From the NCBI GenBank assembly GCA_944389565.1, contig CALXMV010000004.1, positions 11,859 to 75,858 of the forward strand: a stretch of 64,000 nt of DNA, written 5' to 3'. The DNA comes from an uncultured Kiritimatiellota bacterium (GTDB lineage: Bacteria > Verrucomicrobiota > Kiritimatiellia > RFP12 > DVOR01). The translations under genes were made by a program, and so were the position numbers. Positions 55,819 to 64,000 of this stretch are shown here, one piece after another. Under the pieces are notes generated by a model. It saw only the letters and a list, made by a program, of their open reading frames with translations, was not told where the DNA came from and did not search any database. Position 1 is the stretch's first letter; each line of letters starts with the position of its first letter.

Positions 55819-56058
55819 CGCTTCGGAACCTTTCCGTGAAAACTTTCCCTGGGCCGCGCCGACCGGCGCCCGCCCAATGTGCGCATTCCTTTCTAAGATA
55901 CCATAAAGCCCGCCCTTCCTGCAAACGCGCCCACCGCCGGGCCTCGCTTGCGGGAAGGGGCGGGGCTTTGGTAGACTAGTGGGGAAAAGCGGGGGTGCGA
56001 CCGCCGGGAAGACCGGACGCGCCCTTCCGTGGTTTCACCCGAACCGAAAGGAGCGCGC

Positions 56059-56298
56059 GTGGAAAAGAGGTTTGATTTGCCGTATCCGAGCATCGAGGCC
56101 GATTGCTGCAAGAGTTGCGGTCGGTGCGTGGCGGCCTGCCCGAAGGGCTGCCTGGCCATCTCGGATTCCTACAACCGTTACGGCGTGAAGGCCGTGGCCT
56201 ACAAGGGCGCGGGGTGCGTGGGGTGCGGGATCTGTTTCTACAACTGCCCGGAGCCGTACGCGATCCGGATCGTCCGCCAGGAAGGGGGCGCGCAATGA
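56059..56298 (+). CDS. korD: 4Fe-4S ferredoxin (2-oxoacid:ferredoxin oxidoreductase delta subunit)
   Basis: Two CxxCxxCxxxCP clusters (CCKSCGRCVAACP and CVGCGICFYNCP). AAGGAG RBS lies 5 nt upstream of the GTG start. Confidence 0.7.
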   Translation: MEKRFDLPYPSIEADCCKSCGRCVAACPKGCLAISDSYNRYGVKAVAYKGAGCVGCGICFYNCPEPYAIRIVRQEGGAQ

Positions 56299-57340
56299 CC
56301 AAGTTCGTGAAAGGCAACGAGGCGGTGGTGATCGGCGCGCTCTACGCCGGCGCGGAGGGGTATTTCGGCTATCCCATCACGCCCGCGAGCGAGGTGGCGC
56401 ACAAGGCCGCGGAGTATTTCCCGGCCACGGGGCGCGTCTTCGTGCAGGGCGAGAGCGAGGACGCGGTGGCCTATATGCTCTACGGCGCGGCCGCCGCCGG
56501 CTGCCGCGCACTCACGGCCACCTCGGGCCCCGGCTTCTCGCTCATGCAGGAGGGCATCAGCTACATGGCCGCGACGGACATCCCCACGGTGATCGTGGAC
56601 GTGATGCGCGCGGGCCCCGGCCTGGGCAACGTCTACCCCGAGCAGGCCGATTACGGCCAGGTGGTGCACGGCGGCGGCCACGGCTCCTACCGTTGCATCG
56701 TCCTGGCGCCGGGGAGCGTGCAGGAGATGTGCGACCTGACGATGCTCGCCTTCGAGAAGGCCTTCGCGTACCGCACGCCGGCCATCGTCCTCACCGACGG
56801 CCAATTGGGCCAGATGATGGAGCCCCTGCGCCTGCCCAAGCAGGAGGCCAGCCCCGTCGACACCGCCGCCTGGGCCACCCAGGGCACCGCCGAGACCCAT
56901 CGCAACCTGCTCACCTCCATCTACCTCGACGCCCCCGCCCAGGAGGCCATGAACATCCGTCTGCAGGAGAAGTACGCGCGAATGGACCACGAGTTCCAGC
57001 GCGCCGAATGCTATCGGTGCGACGACGCCGAGGCCGTGCTCCTGGCCTTCGGCTCCAGCGCCCGTACCGCCCGAAGCGCCGTCGACGCCCTCCGCGCCCA
57101 AGGCGTCAGGGCCGGGCTCTTCCGCCCCATCACCCTCTCGCCCTTCCCGATCGACGCGCTCGCGCCCTTGGCCGACCGCCGCCTGTGGACGGTGGAGATG
57201 AGCGCGGGGCAATTCCGCGACGACGCGATCCTGCACCTGGCCAAGGCCGGCAAAAACCCGCGGATCGGCCTGATCCACCGCATGGGCGGCATGCTCATCC
57301 CGGTGACGGACATCGTGCGCACCGTGAAGGAGGCGATGTG

Positions 57341-57341
<1 letters not shown>
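56295..57341 (+). CDS. korA: 2-oxoacid:ferredoxin oxidoreductase alpha subunit
   Basis: MTKFVKGNEAVVIGALYAGAEGYFGYPITPASE..., ATGA-coupled to the ferredoxin gene. Confidence 0.8.
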
Positions 57342-58765
<1,424 letters not shown>

Positions 58766-58783
58766 CCGAGAAAGGAGCCACCC

Positions 58784-59461
58784 ATGCTCAACATCGTCCA
58801 AGACATCGACAACCGCGTCACCCTCCGCCGCGCCCTCATCTCCGTCTCCGACAAAACCGGCCTCGACACCTTCATCCCCGCCCTCCTCGACGCCTGCCCC
58901 GACCTCGTCATCCTCTCCACCGGCGGCACCCACAAAGCCATCCGGGCCCTCCTCGGGCCCGGCCAGGAAGACCGCCTCCAGGCCGTCTCCGACTACACCG
59001 GCCAGCCCGAGATGCAGGGCGGCCTCGTCAAGACCCTCGACTTCAAGATCTACATGGGCCTCCTCTCCGAGACCTACAACGACGCCCACCAGGCCGATAT
59101 GCGCCGCCTCGACGCCGCCCCCATCGACCTCGTCGTCGTCAACCTCTACCCCTTCAAGAACACCGTCGCCATCCCCGGCGTCACCCCCGAGCAGGCCCGC
59201 ACCAACATCGACATCGGCGGCCCCTGCATGGTTCGCGCCTCCGCCAAAAACTACCTCCGCGTCGCCTCCGTCACCGACCCCGCCGACTACCCCCGCCTCA
59301 TCGACGAGCTCGCCGCCAACGCCGGCTCCCTCTCCCTCGACACCCGCTTCTACCTCATGAAAAAGGCCTTCGCCCACACCGCCGACTACGACACCGCCAT
59401 CGCCTCCTTCTTCGCCAAAACCGCCCCCGAGGCCGTCACCGCCGCCTACAAACTCCACTGA
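58784..59461 (+). CDS. stand-alone IMP cyclohydrolase domain protein (PurH N-terminal MGS-like domain only; AICAR transformylase domain absent)
   Basis: 225 aa: ...RALISVSDKTGLDTFIPAL...LSTGGT...DYTGQPEMQGGLVKTL...VVVNLYPF...NIDIGGPCMVRASAKN matches the PurH IMPCH domain. The ORF stops at the junction with the R-M island. Confidence 0.7.
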   Translation: MLNIVQDIDNRVTLRRALISVSDKTGLDTFIPALLDACPDLVILSTGGTHKAIRALLGPGQEDRLQAVSDYTGQPEMQGGLVKTLDFKIYMGLLSETYNDAHQADMRRLDAAPIDLVVVNLYPFKNTVAIPGVTPEQARTNIDIGGPCMVRASAKNYLRVASVTDPADYPRLIDELAANAGSLSLDTRFYLMKKAFAHTADYDTAIASFFAKTAPEAVTAAYKLH

Positions 59462-60591
59462 TGTTCGCCCGCCAAGAAAGTTTGCCCTTGTTTGAGTCAG
59501 AGGATTATCTGACCAAGCAATTGGTGACGTATCTTGGCAACAAGCGGGCCTTGCTCCCTTTTCTGGATGGGGCGATTGGCGCGGTCAGGCGGCGATTGGG
59601 GCGCGGTAAACTGCGGATGGCCGATCTCTTCGCCGGGAGCGGCGTGGTTTCCCGTTATCTCAAACAGCACGCGTCCTATCTGCTCTCCAATGATTTGGAG
59701 GCCTACGCAGAAGTCATTGCCCGTTGTTATCTCGCCAACGCCTCCGAGGTCGATTGGCCTGCCTTGCGCCAAGCCTACGCCGCCGTGCTTGAGGCCATCG
59801 AACGAGACTGGGCGCCAGGCCCCATCATCGCTGCCTACGCACCCAAGGACGAGGCCGCCATCACCCCCGAAGACCGCGTCTTCTACACCCGCCGCAACGC
59901 CATCTACCTTGACTCCGCCCGACGAGCCATTGAGACCGGCCCTCCGGCGTTCAAGGACTTGCTCCTGGCTCCGTTGCTCGCGGAGGCCTCCGTTCACAAC
60001 AACACCTCCGGCGTCTTCAAGGGTTTTTACAAAAACCGCCAAGGCATCGGGTGTTATGGTGGCGAGGGGCGTAACGCGCTTCCGCGTATCCTCGGAGACA
60101 TCCGCCTTCAATTGCCGATCCTCTCCAACTTTGAGTGCGACGTCGATGTTCGTCGAGGGGACGCGAATGCCTTGGCCAAGACGATGCCGGCCGTCGACCT
60201 TGCCTATCTCGATCCACCCTACAATCAGCACCCTTACGGCTCCAACTACTTCATGCTCAACCTGCTCGCCACCGGCAAGCCACCTGCCGCCGTGAGCCGC
60301 GTCAGCGGTATCCCCACTGACTGGAACCGTTCCCGCTACAACAAGCGCCCCGAGGCGCAGGACGCCCTCTTTACACTCATCCGCGACTGCCCCGCCACCC
60401 ATATTCTCATCTCCTACAACTCCGAAGGTTTTATCCCCCGCGAAGTCTTCATGTCCGAGCTCTCCCGGCTGGGGGCCGTCACCTCTTTTGCCACTGAATA
60501 TAATACCTTCCGCGGTTGCCGTAATCTCGCCTCGCGTCCGATCAAACTCACGGAGTACCTCTTTCTGTTGGAGAAAAGCGATGTCCGATAA
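59461..60591 (+). CDS. type II N6-adenine DNA methyltransferase (DPPY motif)
   Basis: 376 aa with TYLGNKRALL, FAGSG, and DLAYLDPPYN. Start ATG overlaps the upstream stop (TGATG). Local GC is markedly lower than the flanking DNA. Confidence 0.75.
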   Translation: MFARQESLPLFESEDYLTKQLVTYLGNKRALLPFLDGAIGAVRRRLGRGKLRMADLFAGSGVVSRYLKQHASYLLSNDLEAYAEVIARCYLANASEVDWPALRQAYAAVLEAIERDWAPGPIIAAYAPKDEAAITPEDRVFYTRRNAIYLDSARRAIETGPPAFKDLLLAPLLAEASVHNNTSGVFKGFYKNRQGIGCYGGEGRNALPRILGDIRLQLPILSNFECDVDVRRGDANALAKTMPAVDLAYLDPPYNQHPYGSNYFMLNLLATGKPPAAVSRVSGIPTDWNRSRYNKRPEAQDALFTLIRDCPATHILISYNSEGFIPREVFMSELSRLGAVTSFATEYNTFRGCRNLASRPIKLTEYLFLLEKSDVR

Positions 60592-61276
60592 AACACGCTT
60601 CCGCGAGACCCGCGCGGGAACCGTCATCAACACAACCTCCAAACGACAGGACAAAGCCATCCTCTGCGCCGTCCGTACCGTCAAAGCCACCATCGAGACA
60701 CGCTTCTCCACGCTGACGCTCCATTGGGCCAAGCGTGAAATGCTGGCGCCCCTCATCGAAGACCTCCGCCAACGTTTCCCCGACGTCCCCTTCTGTCAGT
60801 GCCACGAGACTTCCTTCATGACCCCGGATGGCGGCATCCTCTCTCTTGTCGGAAAAGACCGCAAGCGCTATCCCATCCTAATCGCCGAGAAAAAGAGCCA
60901 AGGCACCAACGACCTTCGTGTCCGCGAGGGTAAGTCTCGTCAAGCCCAAGGTAACGCCATCGAACGTCTTGGCAAGAACGTAATCGGTTTCCGCGTGCGG
61001 ATGCTCCACGAGGCCATCTTCCCCTTCGTCTGCTTCGGCGATGGGTGTGACTTTGCCGAAAATCGCTCTATCCTCGACCGCGTCCGCACCATCGCCATGT
61101 TCGGCGAGCTCAACCAAGAGCACCTCTTCCGCGAAGGTGACCATTTCAACCGCGGCACCTTCTACTTTCGCGTGCCCGAATGGACACAAGCCGAGATGGA
61201 AGAACGTTGCCTCACCATCGCTGAGCGGAGTGTTTACTACTATCTTGCCAAATACGGCAAGGCAAACTTCGAATAA
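60581..61276 (+). CDS. putative type II restriction endonuclease (PD-(D/E)xK-like) partnered with the adjacent methyltransferase
   Basis: 231 aa, overlaps the MTase by 11 nt. Possible catalytic motif D..PILIAEKK. Lower GC. Confidence 0.45.
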   Translation: MSDKTRFRETRAGTVINTTSKRQDKAILCAVRTVKATIETRFSTLTLHWAKREMLAPLIEDLRQRFPDVPFCQCHETSFMTPDGGILSLVGKDRKRYPILIAEKKSQGTNDLRVREGKSRQAQGNAIERLGKNVIGFRVRMLHEAIFPFVCFGDGCDFAENRSILDRVRTIAMFGELNQEHLFREGDHFNRGTFYFRVPEWTQAEMEERCLTIAERSVYYYLAKYGKANFE

Positions 61277-61285
61277 GGAGCCACC

Positions 61286-61849
61286 ATGTGCTACACGGAG
61301 GCGGACGTTTTGGAGACGGCGGGGCCGAAGGAGTTGGATGAAATCGCCCGGGCGCGGGAACTGACGCGCGCCTACGCGGCGACGGATTACCGCGACGCCA
61401 AGGGGCGCCGGGCCATCCTGGAGGAACTGCTCGGGGCGATCGGCGAGAACGTCGCCATCGACACGCCTTTCCATTGCGACCACGGCAAGAACATTTTTCT
61501 GGGCAATGACATTGTCATCGGCATGGATTGCATCTTCGTCGACAACGCGCCCATCCGCGTGGGCGACCGCGCGATGATCGCCTCGGGCGTGCAGCTCTGC
61601 ACGGCCAGCCACCCCATCCTGCCCGGCGAACGGCTGCGTGACGCCCGCCCCACCTACTTCCGCACCTACGCCCAGCCCATCACCGTCTGCGCCGGCGCAT
61701 GGGTCGGCGCCCGCGCGGTCGTGCTCCCCGGCGTCACCATCGGCGAGAACGCGGTCGTCGGCGCGGGCAGTGTCGTCACCAAGGACGTCCCGCCCAACAC
61801 TGTCGTGGTCGGCAATCCTGCCCGCCCCATCCGCACCTTCGCGCCATGA
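61286..61849 (+). CDS. hexapeptide-repeat sugar O-acetyltransferase (Maa/LacA family)
   Basis: Left-handed beta-helix repeats: ...[29 protein letters not shown]. Confidence 0.75.
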   Translation: MCYTEADVLETAGPKELDEIARARELTRAYAATDYRDAKGRRAILEELLGAIGENVAIDTPFHCDHGKNIFLGNDIVIGMDCIFVDNAPIRVGDRAMIASGVQLCTASHPILPGERLRDARPTYFRTYAQPITVCAGAWVGARAVVLPGVTIGENAVVGAGSVVTKDVPPNTVVVGNPARPIRTFAP

Positions 61850-62679
61850 TCGATCTGCACACGCATTCCACCGCCAGCGACGGGAGCCTCTCGCCGCGGG
61901 AGCTCGCCCGGGCGGGCAAGGCCGCGGGGCTGGACGTGATGGCGCTGACCGACCATGATTGCGCCAAGGGGGTGGACGCCTTCCTGGACGAATGCGGGAA
62001 GGTGGGCCTCGTCGGCGTGCCGGGCATCGAGCTTTCGGCGGAGGTACCGCAGGGACAGCTCCACCTTGTGGGGCTTGGCTTCGACCCGCACGACGCGGCG
62101 CTCACGGCGAGGTTCGACGCGCTTCTCGATGGCCGCGCGGCCCGTAACCAAGCCATCCTCAAGGCCTTTCAGGACAACGCCATCCCGCTTTCGTGGGAGG
62201 AGGTGCGCGCCTTCGCCGGCGACGAACTCGTCAGCCGCGTCCACTTCGCCCAGGCGCTCGTGGCCAAGGGCCTCGCCGCGGACGTGCGGGACGCCTTCGC
62301 GCGTTATCTCGCCAAGGGCGCGCCCTGCTACCGCGACCGTTTCCGCTATGCCCCCGCCGACTGTATCGCGATGATCCATGCCGCCGGCGGCGTTGCCGTG
62401 ATGGCCCACCCCCTCAGCCTTGACCCCGACCTCGCGACGCTCGCGCCCAAAATCGCCGCACTGCGCGACCTCGGCCTCGACGCGATGGAGTGCCACTACT
62501 CCACCTACGACGCCGAGACGACCGTCGCCCTCCTGCGCATCGCCATCCGCCTCGGCCTCGTCCCTTCCGTGGGCAGCGACTTCCATGGCGCGCCCAAGCC
62601 CGACATCCGCCTGGGCCGTCTCCCCGTCTCCCACGAGACCGAGGCCCGCCTGCGCGCCCTCCTCCGCCTCCCCGCCTGA
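61846..62679 (+). CDS. PHP-domain metal-dependent phosphoesterase (TrpH/YciV-like)
   Basis: [21 protein letters not shown]...ALTDHD... Confidence 0.75.
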   Translation: MIDLHTHSTASDGSLSPRELARAGKAAGLDVMALTDHDCAKGVDAFLDECGKVGLVGVPGIELSAEVPQGQLHLVGLGFDPHDAALTARFDALLDGRAARNQAILKAFQDNAIPLSWEEVRAFAGDELVSRVHFAQALVAKGLAADVRDAFARYLAKGAPCYRDRFRYAPADCIAMIHAAGGVAVMAHPLSLDPDLATLAPKIAALRDLGLDAMECHYSTYDAETTVALLRIAIRLGLVPSVGSDFHGAPKPDIRLGRLPVSHETEARLRALLRLPA

Positions 62680-62715
62680 CGCGCCGCTTGCCTTCCGGGC
62701 GGTTTGTGTTAGACT

Positions 62716-63630
62716 ATGCGGCCGTTTTCGGAGGTCGTCATGTTCGGCGAACGGTTTCAGGGATTGTCCGCGGGGATCGCGGCGGCGGTGTGCTACGGGA
62801 TGAACCCGTTGGGCGCGAAGGCGCTCTACGCGGAGGGGCTGAGCGCGGATTCGGTGCTCTTCTACCGCTACGCGCTGGCGGCGCTCCTGCTCGGGGCGTG
62901 GGTGGCCGCGCGCGGGGAGGGCTTCGCCGTGTCGCGCCGGGAGATGGGGGTGGCGGCGGTGCTCGGGGCGCTCTTCGCGGTGTCGTCGCTGACCTTCTTC
63001 GCGAGTTTCCGGGTGATGGATTCGGGGCTCGCGTGCACGCTGCTCTTCGTCTATCCGGCGATGGTGGCGGGCATCATGGCGCTCTGCTTCGGGGAACGGC
63101 TCACCTGGGCGATGGGCGGGGCGTTGGCCCTGGCGCTGGCGGGCATCGGCCTGCTCTGCCGCGGGGGCGAGGGGGGCGTGGGGGCGACGGGCGTGGCGCT
63201 GGTGATGGCCTCGGCGCTGACCTACGCGCTCTACATCGTGGTGGTGAACCGCGCACGGCTCACGCTCTCGGCGGCGAAGCTGACCTTCTACGTGCTGCTT
63301 TTCGGCCTGCCCCTCCTCCTGGCGCACGAATGGTTCCTGGGGCAGGCGGCGCCGCAACCGCTCACCTCGCCGACCATGATCCTCTGGGCGCTCATGCTGG
63401 CGATCGTGCCGACGGTCCTCTCCCTCTCGCTGATGGCGGTGGCCGCGCGCCGCGTGGGCTCCACGCCGACCGCGGTGACCGGCGCGTTGGAACCGCTCAC
63501 CGCGCTGGCCATCGGCGTGACGGTCTTCGGGGAGACCTTCTCGCCGCGCCTGGCCCTCGGCGTGGCGCTCATCGTCGGCGCCGTCACCCTCCTCACCCTC
63601 GCCACCGCGCGCCGCCCGGCCGCCGCCTGA
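62716..63630 (+). CDS. EamA/DMT-superfamily transporter (RarD-like)
   Basis: ~300 aa, 10 TM, two EamA repeats. The start could instead be the internal ATG at 62740. Confidence 0.65.
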   Translation: MRPFSEVVMFGERFQGLSAGIAAAVCYGMNPLGAKALYAEGLSADSVLFYRYALAALLLGAWVAARGEGFAVSRREMGVAAVLGALFAVSSLTFFASFRVMDSGLACTLLFVYPAMVAGIMALCFGERLTWAMGGALALALAGIGLLCRGGEGGVGATGVALVMASALTYALYIVVVNRARLTLSAAKLTFYVLLFGLPLLLAHEWFLGQAAPQPLTSPTMILWALMLAIVPTVLSLSLMAVAARRVGSTPTAVTGALEPLTALAIGVTVFGETFSPRLALGVALIVGAVTLLTLATARRPAAA

Positions 63631-63636
63631 CCCGCC

Positions 63637-64000
63637 ATGGACGCCACCCCCGCCGAACCGCTCGTACGCCGGCACGCCCTCGGGAGCCGCGGACGCGACC
63701 TGGCCCTGCTGATGGCCGCGAGTTTCTGCTACCTCGCCGGGCCGATGGCCATCGCGCCGATCGTCGCGGGCTTCGCCGGATCGCTGGGCGCAAACGAGGT
63801 GCTCATGGGCGTGGCCGGCGGCCTCATGAACCTCGTGGCACTGGCCAGCCGCCCCTTCGTGGGGCGCCTCGCCGACCGCCTGGACAAACGCCGCCTGACG
63901 GCCCTCGGCGCCGCCGTCATGGCCCTGGCCGCGCTGGCCTACGTGCCGGCCGTCGCGCCCTGGATGGTCTTCGCCGCGCGCGTGGCGCAGGGCCTGGGCT
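63637..64000 (+). CDS. MFS transporter (N-terminal fragment, continues beyond window)
   Basis: MDATPAEPL...MAASFCYLAGPMAIAPIVAGFAGSLGANEVLMGVAGGLMNLVALASRPFVGRLADRLDKRR, with the MFS signature G-x-L-a-D-r-x-g-r-r. Confidence 0.6.
   Translation, partial: MDATPAEPLVRRHALGSRGRDLALLMAASFCYLAGPMAIAPIVAGFAGSLGANEVLMGVAGGLMNLVALASRPFVGRLADRLDKRRLTALGAAVMALAALAYVPAVAPWMVFAARVAQGLG

Overview
High-GC (~68-70%) bacterial chromosomal segment, gene-dense on both strands. The ORF track is dominated by long low-complexity antisense ORFs (Arg/Pro/Ala/Gly-rich), which I treat as spurious GC-driven open frames. The real genes were identified by reading recognisable protein motifs. Coordinates I read directly from the printed sequence rather than from the ORF track (prs, the tRNA, the repeats and the promoter motifs) may be off by 1-3 nt.

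Content, start to end:
- prs (partial), a tRNA-Gln(UUG) on the minus strand overlapped by the 3' end of ispE, and an MsbA-like ABC exporter.
- An AT-rich divergent promoter island driving a HemN/HutW-like radical SAM gene, a complete ECF-type transporter (S, T and a fused A1A2 ATPase) and a flavodoxin. I propose this as an anaerobic heme/tetrapyrrole uptake and processing module.
- An 11-gene type IV pilus / T2SS-like cluster: three unusually large prepilin-like proteins, PilM/N-like, PilO-like, GspE, GspF, PilP-like, secretin and PilT.
- A glycan-processing block: GT2, esterase, queE, gtrA, an AGE-family epimerase and a NanA-like lyase. Then an AceK-like protein, folD, ispH, two GT-like proteins, prmC and a DUF3127 protein.
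- A second, unlinked pilB-pilT-pilB ATPase operon.
- A type I R-M system (hsdR-hsdS-hsdM) with a MITE-like inverted-repeat element inserted between hsdM and hsdS.
- A tandem GT4 protein, a P1B heavy-metal ATPase with a CopZ-like chaperone, YgjP-like and M3 peptidases, a glycoside hydrolase, nrnA, and a GreA-like factor with a long N-terminal extension.
- A 2-oxoacid:ferredoxin oxidoreductase operon (korD, korA, korBC).
- A stand-alone IMP-cyclohydrolase (PurH N-domain) fragment whose stop codon abuts a lower-GC type II R-M pair, which I read as a horizontally acquired island.
- An acetyltransferase, a PHP phosphoesterase, a DMT transporter and a partial MFS transporter.

Two recurring non-coding signals: a CCCT(T)AGGG-containing REP-like repeat family at four intergenic loci, and a conserved promoter-like motif (TTGCGCTATcTTAaTGCGCA) upstream of at least six genes. 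I found no CRISPR array, no rRNA and no obvious transposase.
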